Origin: Endomicrobiales bacterium
GTDB taxonomy: Bacteria > Elusimicrobiota > Endomicrobiia > Endomicrobiales > JAFGGC01
Direction: 5' to 3'
Length of the DNA stretch: 64,000 nt
NCBI GenBank assembly: GCA_016930715.1
Contig: JAFGGC010000002.1
Coordinates: forward strand, 126,059-190,058
This document shows, in pieces, positions 35,306 to 44,839 of the stretch. Made by a program: the position numbers and the translations under genes. The notes beneath the pieces were generated by a model that was not told the origin of the DNA, did not search any database, and saw only the letters and a program-made list of their open reading frames with translations. Position 1 is the first letter of the stretch. Every line of letters begins with the position of its first letter.

Positions 35306-36388
35306 ATGATGTATGGTCTCTACGTTCACATACCCTTCTGCCGCGCAAAATGCAATTACTGCGATTTTTGCTCCCGCCCCCTGACAGACGCGGGCCTTGC
35401 GGACCGCTATATCACCTCAGTAATCCTCGAAATGCAGCGCTACAGAAAGATACCTCTTGCTACCCTCTATGTCGGAGGTGGGACTCCGTCCATGCTGGCC
35501 CCTGAATCGTTCAAGACTCTTTTTTCGGCGATAAAGCAGACGTTCGACTGCGATTTAAGCGAGGTAACGGTCGAGGCGAATCCCGAGTCCCTGAACGAGG
35601 AAATTCTTGCGGTTCTCAGGGAACTCGGGGCGACAAGACTCAGCATCGGGGTGCAGTCGTTCGACAATGAAGACCTGAAATACCTGGGAAGGGTGCACGC
35701 GGTCGCGGATTTTTGGGACTCCTATGCCTCCGCGAGGCGTCTCGGTTTCAGGAACATCAGCGTCGATCTCATATACGGCCTGCCAAGCCAGTCGCCCGAG
35801 GCGTGGCAGGACGTGTTAAAGACCGCAGTCATAGCGCATTCGGAACACATATCCCTCTATCCGCTCGTGATAGAACCGCGCACTCCGCTGCACGACCGGA
35901 ACGTGAGGATAGACGAGGACGCGCAGGCGCAGATGTACGAGTGGTCGCTGGATTTCCTCGAAAACGCCGGTTACGAGCACTACGAGATATCCAACTGGGC
36001 GAAACCTGGTTTCAGGTCGGCCCACAACATGATCTACTGGCAGAACGGGCAGTACATCGGCCTCGGCGCCTCGGCGGCTTCGCACGTGGGGAACAAGAGG
36101 TGGAAGAACCACGCGGACGTCGATAAATACATGAACTGCGTGTTCAGGAACGAAAACATAATCGGTGAAACCGAAGAATTGAACGAAAAAAAAGTGATGT
36201 CGGAAAACCTCATTCTGAAGCTGAGATGCCTCCCGGGGATGTACGTGTCCCCGGAGATAGACAGCAGGTACGGCGGCAAGATCAACGAGCTCGTCAAGAA
36301 GGATCTCCTCCAGCGTTCGGGCAAGAACATCAGTCTCACGCGCAAGGGGATGCTGTTCGCCAGTCAGGTGATGAAGGAATTCGTATAG
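35306..36388 (+). CDS. hemW: Radical SAM heme chaperone HemW (coproporphyrinogen III oxidase-like)
   Basis: LYVHIPFCRAKCNYCDF and YVGGGTPS. 360 aa with a HemN_C-like tail. Confidence 0.8.
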   Translation: MMYGLYVHIPFCRAKCNYCDFCSRPLTDAGLADRYITSVILEMQRYRKIPLATLYVGGGTPSMLAPESFKTLFSAIKQTFDCDLSEVTVEANPESLNEEILAVLRELGATRLSIGVQSFDNEDLKYLGRVHAVADFWDSYASARRLGFRNISVDLIYGLPSQSPEAWQDVLKTAVIAHSEHISLYPLVIEPRTPLHDRNVRIDEDAQAQMYEWSLDFLENAGYEHYEISNWAKPGFRSAHNMIYWQNGQYIGLGASAASHVGNKRWKNHADVDKYMNCVFRNENIIGETEELNEKKVMSENLILKLRCLPGMYVSPEIDSRYGGKINELVKKDLLQRSGKNISLTRKGMLFASQVMKEFV

Positions 36389-36402
36389 ACATCGATGGAT
36401 GT

Positions 36403-36523
36403 CTTGATTACACAGATTACTAAAAGAGATTACACAGATGGAACAATTGGACAAGATAACTTAAAAGTCTGATGGATTTTGCATTAATCTGTGTAATCTG
36501 TGCTTTATATCTGTGTAATCAGG
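36403..36523. repeat. Palindromic intergenic element built from GATTACACA sub-repeats, copy 2
   Basis: GATTACACA at 36406 and 36428. TGTGTAATC at 36490 and 36512 (22-bp spacing). The inner stem 36427-36439 / 36487-36499 is 13 bp perfect. The outer stem 36403-36417 / 36509-36523 is 15 bp with one G-T pair. Confidence 0.8.
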
Positions 36524-36540
36524 TATAAGGAACTTATACC
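36522..36540 (+). promoter_or_regulatory. Perfect 8-bp hairpin immediately upstream of the GT2 RBS
   Basis: GGTATAAG (36522-36529), loop GAA, CTTATACC (36533-36540). The RBS-like AGAGAGGAAAG and ATG 36554 follow. Confidence 0.5.
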
Positions 36541-36553
36541 AAGAGAGGAAAGA

Positions 36554-37684
36554 ATGGCTGAAGTTTCGGTCGTCATACCGTGCCTCAACGAGGAACAGAC
36601 CATACGCAAGTGCATAGAAAAGGCGAAACAATCCTTTGCCAGGGACAACCTCGACGGCGAAGTGGTCATAGTCGACAACGGCTCTACCGACGGCTCGGTA
36701 GAGATAGCCAAAAAGGCCGGAGCGCGCGTCATCCGGGAGGACCGGAAGGGCTACGGCAGCGCGCTGAAACGCGGGATACAGGAATCCGGGGGAGAATACA
36801 TCGTGATGGGCGACGGCGACGATACCTATGATTTTTCGGTTGCCGGGGAGTTCGTCAAGAAACTCAAGGAAGGCTACGACCTCGTGATGGGCTCGAGGTT
36901 CAAGGGAAATATCCTTTCCGGCGCCATGACGTGGTCCCACAGGTACATCGGAAATCCCATACTGTCTGGCATGCTCAGGCTTTTTTTCGGCGGCGGCGTT
37001 TCGGACGCGCACTGCGGCATGAGGGCCTTCACGAAGTCGGCCTACCAGAACATGAACCTCCACACCACGGGAATGGAGTTCGCTTCGGAGATGGTCATTC
37101 ACAGCCTCAAGAAGAAGCTGCGGATCGCGGAGATCCCCATCACATATTACGCGAGGCTGGGCGAGTCGAAGCTCTCCTCGTTCAGAGACGCGTGGCGGCA
37201 CATACGTTTCATGCTGATATATTCTCCGGGTTACATGTTCCTTTTGCCGGGGCTTGCGCTTTTCCTGCCGAGTTTCCTTGCGACCATACAGTTTGTTTAC
37301 GGGCACATTTTCATTTTCGGAAGGCCCTGGGGCATACACGTCATGGTCTTCACGTCTATACTAGCGATACTGGGCTGGCAGATACTTAACATAGGCGTCG
37401 CGGCGAAGATTTTCGCTTTCACCATATCGCTTGAAGAGGACAAGCTCGTTTCTTTTCTGTTCAAGGTAATCAAGCTCGAATACGCGCTCATTTTCGGATT
37501 CGCCCTTTTTGTTTCGGGCCTGATAATAATGGGCAGGATAGTCTATGTCTGGTACGCCAACGATTTTGGCGAGCTGGAACAGGTCAACGCCGGACTCCTG
37601 GGGCTGACCATGATAGTAATGGGGCTTCAGACCGTTTTCACGGCGTTCCTTGCCGGGATGTTCAGCATAAAGTACAGATCTTAA
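36554..37684 (+). CDS. Family 2 glycosyltransferase with C-terminal TM domain (polyprenyl-phosphate sugar synthase type, DPM1/ArnC/GtrB-like)
   Basis: VSVVIPCLNEE, VVIVDNGSTDGS and MGDGDDTYD (DxD). Four C-terminal TM helices. Start at ATG 36554 rather than ORF-track 36500. Confidence 0.8.
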   Translation: MAEVSVVIPCLNEEQTIRKCIEKAKQSFARDNLDGEVVIVDNGSTDGSVEIAKKAGARVIREDRKGYGSALKRGIQESGGEYIVMGDGDDTYDFSVAGEFVKKLKEGYDLVMGSRFKGNILSGAMTWSHRYIGNPILSGMLRLFFGGGVSDAHCGMRAFTKSAYQNMNLHTTGMEFASEMVIHSLKKKLRIAEIPITYYARLGESKLSSFRDAWRHIRFMLIYSPGYMFLLPGLALFLPSFLATIQFVYGHIFIFGRPWGIHVMVFTSILAILGWQILNIGVAAKIFAFTISLEEDKLVSFLFKVIKLEYALIFGFALFVSGLIIMGRIVYVWYANDFGELEQVNAGLLGLTMIVMGLQTVFTAFLAGMFSIKYRS

Positions 37685-37705
37685 AAAACTGCACTGCACG
37701 GGTAC

Positions 37706-39139
37706 ATGGCAAAGATCGCCTTCTATCAAAACATATCTTATCCGAACCTTGGGGTCATGTACCTTTCCGCCTACCTAAAAAAAAACGGGCATGAAACCGC
37801 CCTGTTCCTGAAGGAATCAAAAAGCAACGAGGACCTGGTCAGCGAGAGCATTAGAAGCTTCGCCCCGGACATAGCGGCCTTTTCGGTCACGACCGGCAGC
37901 CACCTGTGGGCGCTGAAGGTCGCCGGGCTCATAAAGTGCAGGGCCGAGGGTGTTCTTACGGTCATGGGCGGGCCCCATCCGACCTTTTATCCGGAGGTCA
38001 TAGATGATAAAAGGCTGGACGCTGTCTGCTTGGGCGAAGGGGAACGTTCGTTCAGCGAGTTCGTGAGCTCCGCCTCGTCGGGCCTCAAAAACACCGCGAT
38101 AGACGGGTTCTGGATAAAAAAAGACGGCACGGTCCGAAAAAACGATATCGCGTGTTTGACGGAGGACCTGGACGGTATCCCTTTTCCCGACAGGGCGCTC
38201 TATTCGGCGAAATACCCGTACCTGTCGTTCAGCCACTGCGCGTTCATATCGGGCAGGGGCTGCCCGTACGAGTGCACGTACTGTTTCAACAGGACGCTCA
38301 AGAACCTTTACAGGGGCAAGGGCGCCTACGTCAGGTCAAGAACCCCGGCGAACCTCATTGCCGAGATAGAGGATGCGGTAAAAAAATATAACCCGAAGAC
38401 GATATACTTCCAGGACGACGTTTTCGTCCTGAACAGGCGCTTCATTGACGAGTTCCTCCCGCTCTACGCGGACAAGATAAGAAAGCCGTTCATCTGTCTG
38501 AGCAGGATAGAGCACCTGGACGAGAGTTCGGTCGGGCTTCTCAAGAGGTCCGGCTGCAGGAGGATATTCTGGGGTCTTGAATCCGGAAACGAGGATATCA
38601 GGAAGAAAATACTGAAAAGGCAAATATCGAACGCCCAGATAGCTGAGAAGGCGGGGCTTCTTAAAAAGCACGGCATACCTTTCAGGACATACAACATGCT
38701 CGGAATACCCGGCGAGACGCTGGAGAACGGCTGCGAAACGCTCGACATGAACGTCAGGATAAAGACCGATTATCCGTGGTGTTCGGTGCTGATGCCGTAT
38801 CCCAGGACTGAGATAGCCGATCAGTACGAGGCGCAGACTGGCAGGAAAATAGACCTGGATTCCTTCGCGCCGACATTTTTCAGGTCCCAAAGCAGGCCGG
38901 ATCACCCGGAATATTCAGGGATGGTGAACCTTCAGAAACTTTTTTACTGGGCCGTAAAAATGCCGTTTATCATTCCTTTCGTGAAGCTGCTAGTCAGGCT
39001 GCCCCAGAACATTGTTTATGACTTGCTTTTTCTGGTTTCATACGCCTACGGCATGTTCAGGAGCGAAATGCTCAGCGTGAGGGACGTGGTTTCCGTCGCA
39101 AGGTACAATTACAGGAATTTTTTCGCAGGGAGCGACTAA
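37706..39139 (+). CDS. B12-binding-domain radical SAM enzyme (class B rSAM), paralogue 1
   Basis: The N-terminus PNLGVMYLSAYLKKNGHE...VMGGPHPTF...VCLGEGE is B12-binding-like. rSAM cluster SGRGCPYECTYCFN. Confidence 0.8.
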   Translation: MAKIAFYQNISYPNLGVMYLSAYLKKNGHETALFLKESKSNEDLVSESIRSFAPDIAAFSVTTGSHLWALKVAGLIKCRAEGVLTVMGGPHPTFYPEVIDDKRLDAVCLGEGERSFSEFVSSASSGLKNTAIDGFWIKKDGTVRKNDIACLTEDLDGIPFPDRALYSAKYPYLSFSHCAFISGRGCPYECTYCFNRTLKNLYRGKGAYVRSRTPANLIAEIEDAVKKYNPKTIYFQDDVFVLNRRFIDEFLPLYADKIRKPFICLSRIEHLDESSVGLLKRSGCRRIFWGLESGNEDIRKKILKRQISNAQIAEKAGLLKKHGIPFRTYNMLGIPGETLENGCETLDMNVRIKTDYPWCSVLMPYPRTEIADQYEAQTGRKIDLDSFAPTFFRSQSRPDHPEYSGMVNLQKLFYWAVKMPFIIPFVKLLVRLPQNIVYDLLFLVSYAYGMFRSEMLSVRDVVSVARYNYRNFFAGSD

Positions 39140-40270
39140 TTGAATAAATACCTGATTCTAAAGAACATCGACAACGGGTTCGGCAGTTTCCTCTGCGCCG
39201 TGCTTTCCGCATTCCACTCCAGGAAAAAGAAAGCCGAGATCAGGAAAAACCCGAAGGTACTGATTATCAAGTTCTGGGGGATGGGCAGCATACTGTTGTT
39301 CGCGCCCGCCGTCAAAGCCCTGAAAGACAGCCTCGCGCCGGAAGAGCTGATGATACTGACGCTCGAATCGAACAGGGAGGTCTGCCGGTCGCTGGGGCTT
39401 TTCACGGATGTGCTGAGCTGCAGGCTGTTCCCGCTTCACAGGTTCGTGTACGACCTCTTCAGGAACATACTGCGCCTCAGGATGAAAAAGGTCGACATAC
39501 TGTTCGATTTCGAGTTCTTCACGAATTTCACGGCAATAGTGACATTTCTGATAGGGGCAAGGACAAACGTCGGTTTCTACGCGCACGACCTCACGAGAAG
39601 CAATTTCTATGAGCTCACGGCACCTTTCAACCAGTACTGGCACATAACCGACATATACATGAACCTGGCGAACAAGGTCCTCGACAGGCAGCTCGACAAG
39701 AATTACGTCTTGCCGGATACCGATGACGCGGTGCCGGGACGCTACGGGCTCGAAAAGGGAAAATACATCGTCATCAATCCAAACAGCGAGCCGATATCGC
39801 TTGAAAGAAGATGGCCCAGGGAGTATTTCATCGAACTGATCGAGGCCATAGGCGGCTACGGCGGCAGGATAGCGCTGATAGGATCGGCGGCTGAAGCGGA
39901 ATATAACGAACAAATAATCGGGAAGATAGCCGGCAAGGGCAATATAGTCAACCTGGGGGGAAAGACGTCGTTTGTGGAGCTCGCGTCGGTAATAAAGAAC
40001 GCGAAACTCCTGATAACCAACGATTCCGGCCCCCTGCACGTGGGTGTTATATTCGGAACGCCCACCGTGTCGTTCTTCGGGCCCGAAACCCCGGTTATTT
40101 ACGGCCCGAAATCCGGCAGGCACCACGTATTTTTCGAGAACGTCGAGTGCAGTCCCTGCATGAACATAAGAAAGGCCAAGGAAGTGAAATGCAAGAAGGG
40201 CAAAGCTGACTGCATTCTAAAAATAACTCCAGACAAGGTGATAAAGGTCGTGCGGGAGTTCCTGGTTTAG
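39140..40270 (+). CDS. Family 9 glycosyltransferase (heptosyltransferase-like), copy 1
   Basis: KVLIIKFWGMGSILLFAPAVKALK at the N-terminus and LLITNDSGPLHVG near the C-terminus (GT9 hallmarks). TTG start abuts the previous stop. Confidence 0.75.
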   Translation: MNKYLILKNIDNGFGSFLCAVLSAFHSRKKKAEIRKNPKVLIIKFWGMGSILLFAPAVKALKDSLAPEELMILTLESNREVCRSLGLFTDVLSCRLFPLHRFVYDLFRNILRLRMKKVDILFDFEFFTNFTAIVTFLIGARTNVGFYAHDLTRSNFYELTAPFNQYWHITDIYMNLANKVLDRQLDKNYVLPDTDDAVPGRYGLEKGKYIVINPNSEPISLERRWPREYFIELIEAIGGYGGRIALIGSAAEAEYNEQIIGKIAGKGNIVNLGGKTSFVELASVIKNAKLLITNDSGPLHVGVIFGTPTVSFFGPETPVIYGPKSGRHHVFFENVECSPCMNIRKAKEVKCKKGKADCILKITPDKVIKVVREFLV

Positions 40271-40286
40271 ACGGCAGAAAAAAGTT

Positions 40287-42338
40287 ATGGTTAAAAAAGA
40301 GACCGCTGTAACCGTCAAGAAAACGGATAAACTGAAAGGCGCGGGTCTTTTGTTGATCCCCGCGGTTGTTATCCTTTTCGCGAAGCTTTCCGACTTGTCG
40401 TTTTTTGACGTGAAGTCCGATATTCTATTTTACGTGGCGCTTCTGACCTTGATGGGATACATGGTCCAGTTCCCGCTGTCAAAGGAGTCGTTTGCGGTGC
40501 AAGGATGGGACGAGAAGTTCGTTTATTTCGTCGCGATAGGGATGCTGAACGCGATGTGCGTTTTCGTACTGCCTGCGCTTGCCGGATATGCGTTCAAGCT
40601 GACGATGATGCAGCTCCTGCTGTTTTATCTTGCCGGGTTCGTGGTATTCGGGCTGGTAAGGGAATACGCGGGAGTCCGGCCGTTTGAAACGAACAGACGG
40701 GAGAAAGAGAAGGATGACGGAATCGTTAATCTGTTGTTCTGGGTAATGTTCGCGGCGTCGGTACTGATAGGTGTCCATTACGGATGCTGGCTTAGCGGCG
40801 ACTACACCTGGCACGGAAGCGCGATCAGGAAGCTCAAAGAGCTCCAGCACGTGTATTTCGGCAGTTATCTGGTCAGGGACGTGCACTTTCCGCAGTACGG
40901 GCACAATATCTGGTACCTGTTCCTGGCTTTCCTGAGTTTCCTCACTGATAAGGACACCGGCTACGTCTGGGTCAATTCCCAGGTCTTTCTGGTCCCGTTC
41001 AGGGTATGCGTGGTGTATTTTCTTTCAAAGGAGCTTTTCGGGACGAAATACTGGGCGAAGGTCTCCACGATCGTGTACCTGTCCGTGCACTTCGTGCTCG
41101 GTTTTGACGTGAACGGTTTCACGGCAAAGGCCAACAACGCCTGGCCGCTGGACGTGATGGCCTACCCTTCCGTGATAGCGAGGGATTTCTTTATTTTCGC
41201 GGCGGTGGCCTACCTTCTTAAAACCATCAGGGAAAAAAAGGCGTACTACGTCGAGACGTTCTTTCTGATAACCTGCGTGACCTTGACGCATTTTTACTAC
41301 TGCTTTCAGTACATCTACATATACGCGGCGCTTTTTATAGGCTCGCTCTTGTTCCCGGGCGGCGAGAACGCGTATTTCAAAAAAATATTCTTGAAATACG
41401 GCCTGCTTTTCGTGCCGGCGGTGCTCTACGCTTTTTTTTACAAGAACGCGCTTGACGTGCCCACCATCAATCCGTACTTCTTGAATCCCGAAGGGATGGG
41501 CGACCCCCTCTCGAGGGTGAAACTCCTGTTCGGGAAATACCCGTACGTGCACCCGTGGCCGGGGTTCTTGAAAAACGCGTTCTTCGCGGCGATACTTGCC
41601 ACGCTGATACCGATGGCGCTGACGCTGAAGAAAAACGCGGCCAACTGGAAGCTGTTCATTGTCTCGGTACCGGCAGGCCTCGCTCTGATACTTTTCAACC
41701 CGCCGTTGATGTTCATAATGCAGAAGTTCAATCCTGGGCTTGACAGGATCTGGCGTTTTGACGAGATAATCCCCTACGCGCTGACACTGGCCGGATTCAT
41801 TTATTTCCTGCAGGAAGAGAAGAAGCTTTATTCGAAGAAGGCGGCAACGTGGATCCTGGTGGCGTATCTCATTGTTTTGGCACCTTTCGTCAAGGTAATG
41901 CACAAGGACGCGGTATTGAACGCGAAAAACTGGGAGAGCACGCTTGATTCCCAGATGCCCTACAAGCAGCTCATAGAAAGCAGGGTGCCGAGGGGCAGCG
42001 TTGTTTTTCCGGACCCCAAGATAGCCTGGACCTGGACCACTCTTTTTTCGCATTTCATTTTCATACACCCGCTGCCGGCCGGTCTTCCGCCGAACTTCGA
42101 CCCGATGGAACGGCTCAAGATATGGAACGGTTTCTTCGAGGGCAAGATAGACGGCGAGGTGCTCGACTACATAGACCGCTACGGCGTGGAGTATTACATC
42201 CTGACGGCGGATTCCTACGCCCGGCTGAAAAACAAGCTGGACAGGTATAAAAACCGGTTCCAGCCGCCGGAGGTTCTTGGGGCCGTGAGGCTCGTCGTGA
42301 TGAGACCGGCGGAGAAAAGGGAAAATAATGAGCCGTAA
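40287..42338 (+). CDS. Large polytopic membrane protein with C-terminal soluble domain (putative GT-C-fold glycosyltransferase/polymerase)
   Basis: 683 aa with more than 12 predicted hydrophobic helices over ~520 aa, then a ~150-aa hydrophilic tail. No diagnostic motif recognised; the call rests on architecture and context. Confidence 0.45.
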   Translation: MVKKETAVTVKKTDKLKGAGLLLIPAVVILFAKLSDLSFFDVKSDILFYVALLTLMGYMVQFPLSKESFAVQGWDEKFVYFVAIGMLNAMCVFVLPALAGYAFKLTMMQLLLFYLAGFVVFGLVREYAGVRPFETNRREKEKDDGIVNLLFWVMFAASVLIGVHYGCWLSGDYTWHGSAIRKLKELQHVYFGSYLVRDVHFPQYGHNIWYLFLAFLSFLTDKDTGYVWVNSQVFLVPFRVCVVYFLSKELFGTKYWAKVSTIVYLSVHFVLGFDVNGFTAKANNAWPLDVMAYPSVIARDFFIFAAVAYLLKTIREKKAYYVETFFLITCVTLTHFYYCFQYIYIYAALFIGSLLFPGGENAYFKKIFLKYGLLFVPAVLYAFFYKNALDVPTINPYFLNPEGMGDPLSRVKLLFGKYPYVHPWPGFLKNAFFAAILATLIPMALTLKKNAANWKLFIVSVPAGLALILFNPPLMFIMQKFNPGLDRIWRFDEIIPYALTLAGFIYFLQEEKKLYSKKAATWILVAYLIVLAPFVKVMHKDAVLNAKNWESTLDSQMPYKQLIESRVPRGSVVFPDPKIAWTWTTLFSHFIFIHPLPAGLPPNFDPMERLKIWNGFFEGKIDGEVLDYIDRYGVEYYILTADSYARLKNKLDRYKNRFQPPEVLGAVRLVVMRPAEKRENNEP

Positions 42339-43458
42339 GATAGGCACTTTCATAGACAGGTACTTCGGCATACCGCTTCTTTTGCTGTTATATCCCCTTG
42401 AGTTCATTTTTGGGAGCGCAAAACGGGACGGCGTGAAACGGATACTACTGATGAAGCTGGCGCTGATGGGAGACAGCATACTTCTCTATCCCGCGGTCAG
42501 GGCGATAAGAAAGAGGTATCCCGGCGCGCAAATTGATTTTGTCTGTTCGCCTATAAACGGGGACATAGTGAAAACATGGAAAGAGGTGGACAATTTCTAC
42601 TCGTTCGATTTCGCGGCGATGCTGGCCTCTCCGCTGAAGCTCCTGGGATTTTTCGGGATGATGCGGAGCAACGGTTACGACCTCGCGGTGGACTTCGAGC
42701 AGTGGTTCAGGATAACCCCGATAATGGCTTTTATTTCCGGGGCGTCAAGGCGGATAGGGTTCAAGGCGAAGGGGCAGTGCAAGCACCTGCTTTTCACGGA
42801 CGTCGTGGCGCACGAAAGGCAAAGGCACGAGGTCGACTCGTTTCTCGACCTTGCCGCCAGGGCCGGCGCTGATAATGCCGATCCCTCGCTTGCGCTCGAT
42901 GTCGGGGAAAATAACCTGGCGGAAGTCCGGCGCAGGCTTGCGGTCGACGGTATTCCCGAGGGCGGCTACGTCGTGGTTCATCCCTCAAGCGGGAAGAACG
43001 CCTGGCAGCGCTCCTGGCCGAAGGACAAGCACGAGAATCTGATAAAGAAAATAGTCGGCGGTGGAGCGAAGGTCGTCGTGACGGGAACGCTTGACGACGC
43101 GGCGCTTGCCGACGCCCTGGTTTCCGTGTCGGCTGGTGACGCGCGCAACTGGTGCGGGAAGACATCGCTGCTCGAGCTGGCGGCGCTGGTCAAGCTCTCG
43201 AAAGCCGTGGTGTGCGGCAACACCGGAATAATGCACATGGCAAGCGCGCTGAACAAGCCGCTCGTGGCCATTCACGGCCCGACCAATCCGGCCAAGTGGG
43301 GCCCCAGGAACAAGAATTCAGTTATCGTGCAGGCGAAGCTCGAATGCGTTCCGTGCCTGTACCTCGGTTTCGAATACGGATGCGGGGCGAACAGGTGCAT
43401 GGAAGCTATTTCGGTAGAAGAGGTTTTTGAAGCTTACAAGAAGGTGGTAACGACGTGA
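42328..43458 (+). CDS. Family 9 glycosyltransferase (heptosyltransferase-like), copy 2
   Basis: RILLMKLALMGDSILLYPAVRAIRKRYP and VCGNTGIMHMASAL. Overlaps the previous gene by 11 nt. Confidence 0.8.
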   Translation: MSRKIGTFIDRYFGIPLLLLLYPLEFIFGSAKRDGVKRILLMKLALMGDSILLYPAVRAIRKRYPGAQIDFVCSPINGDIVKTWKEVDNFYSFDFAAMLASPLKLLGFFGMMRSNGYDLAVDFEQWFRITPIMAFISGASRRIGFKAKGQCKHLLFTDVVAHERQRHEVDSFLDLAARAGADNADPSLALDVGENNLAEVRRRLAVDGIPEGGYVVVHPSSGKNAWQRSWPKDKHENLIKKIVGGGAKVVVTGTLDDAALADALVSVSAGDARNWCGKTSLLELAALVKLSKAVVCGNTGIMHMASALNKPLVAIHGPTNPAKWGPRNKNSVIVQAKLECVPCLYLGFEYGCGANRCMEAISVEEVFEAYKKVVTT

Positions 43459-43632
43459 TGAAACGGGCATGCCCGCCTGCGCAAAACATTCTGCCAATAG
43501 ACGCGGCTATTTGCCGCATTGGCATAATTGCTACGGCGGGTCACCAGAGATTCATCAAATTGCCCAAGGTAGATATTGGTTTCAAGTATCCGCGTGGAAT
43601 CTGATATTTTTAAAGAGGTTTTTCAGGTGAAC

Positions 43633-44838
43633 ATGTTTTTTATCGATCCCAAAACCGATGTTAACGCGAACGTGCCGAATTTGGGTTTGGCTTATGCCGC
43701 CACTCACCACAAGGTTAAGGTTGTCGATCAACACGTGCTTCCATATCCTGCCGACCGTTTTCTCGGGATTAAAGCCGAAACCGTCGGAGTGTCGATAAAA
43801 TCATTCACGGCGGCGGAGGCGGAAAGAATAAAAAGGGTTTATTCCAAAAAATACCCCGGGAGTAAAGTCGTTTCGTTGACCGGTTTTCTCGACGTGCAGT
43901 GCTGCTATCCGTACGTCGCCTGGGACGGCGGCATCGAGCACGCGGAGCCCTTTTCCGACAACTATCCTTTCCCGGAATATGAATTGTTCGATTCATTCAG
44001 GTACCTGAGGGCGAATTGGGAAACCGGTTTCTGGGCCTATCCCGTGATGACCTCCCAGGGGTGTCCGTATTCCTGCCTTTTCTGCGCTTCGCGGAACAGG
44101 AAATGGATGGCGCGCAGCGCGCAAAACTGCGCGGACGAACTTAAAAATGCGAAAGAGAAATACGGCATAAAGTCATTTGACGTGATAGACGACGCGTTCA
44201 ACATAGACAGAAAAAGGGTCATCGAGTTCTGCGAGCTGATAAGGCCGCTGGGTTTGCGCTGGGCTTGCACCAACGGCATACGCGCCGACAGGTTCGACGA
44301 AGATACCGCCAGAGCGATGAAAGCGGCCGGGTGCTACCACGTCGGTTTCGGCGTGGAGAGTTCGGACCCTGGTATACTTGAAGCCATAAAAAAAGGGGAA
44401 ACGATCGGGCAGATAGAGGACGCGGTTGTCTCCGCCAAGCGCCATATCCCGATGGTCAGCGGGTTTTTCGTGATAGGCCTTCCGGGCTCGACGTACGAAA
44501 AGGACCTCGCCTCGCTTGAATGGGCGAAGAAACTGGGGATACGGGCGCATTTCAGCTACTTCGTGCCGGAGATGCCCGCAAAAAACACCGGCAAGACTTT
44601 CTACGGACCGGATTCAGGGCCGGGGTCGGAGCCCTACTCGAGAGAGCGGCAGGTGAAGATCTACAAGATGTCGAAAGAACTGCGCAAGAAGTTCTACTCC
44701 GGAGAGAACATTCTGCCGAAGATAGCGGTGTTCACTGTAAGAGGCCTTCCGAAGTACGGTTTAAACGGCATACTGACGCATACCGTCCATCTTTTCAAAA
44801 GGGGATGGACATATTTGACGAAAGGCGAACTGCCCTGA
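43633..44838 (+). CDS. Radical SAM enzyme with degenerate N-terminal B12-binding-like domain, paralogue 2
   Basis: PNLGLAYAATHH at the N-terminus. rSAM cluster TSQGCPYSCLFCAS. Start at ATG 43633 (or GTG 43627) rather than ORF-track 43576. Confidence 0.7.
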   Translation: MFFIDPKTDVNANVPNLGLAYAATHHKVKVVDQHVLPYPADRFLGIKAETVGVSIKSFTAAEAERIKRVYSKKYPGSKVVSLTGFLDVQCCYPYVAWDGGIEHAEPFSDNYPFPEYELFDSFRYLRANWETGFWAYPVMTSQGCPYSCLFCASRNRKWMARSAQNCADELKNAKEKYGIKSFDVIDDAFNIDRKRVIEFCELIRPLGLRWACTNGIRADRFDEDTARAMKAAGCYHVGFGVESSDPGILEAIKKGETIGQIEDAVVSAKRHIPMVSGFFVIGLPGSTYEKDLASLEWAKKLGIRAHFSYFVPEMPAKNTGKTFYGPDSGPGSEPYSRERQVKIYKMSKELRKKFYSGENILPKIAVFTVRGLPKYGLNGILTHTVHLFKRGWTYLTKGELP

Positions 44839-44839
44839 T

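Noticed and set aside
43464-43475. The perfect palindrome CGGGCATGCCCG right after the second GT9 gene as a terminator.
   Set aside because: It has no loop and no U-tract. A 12-bp GC palindrome containing a restriction-site-like core is more likely chance or a protein site, and the evidence is insufficient.
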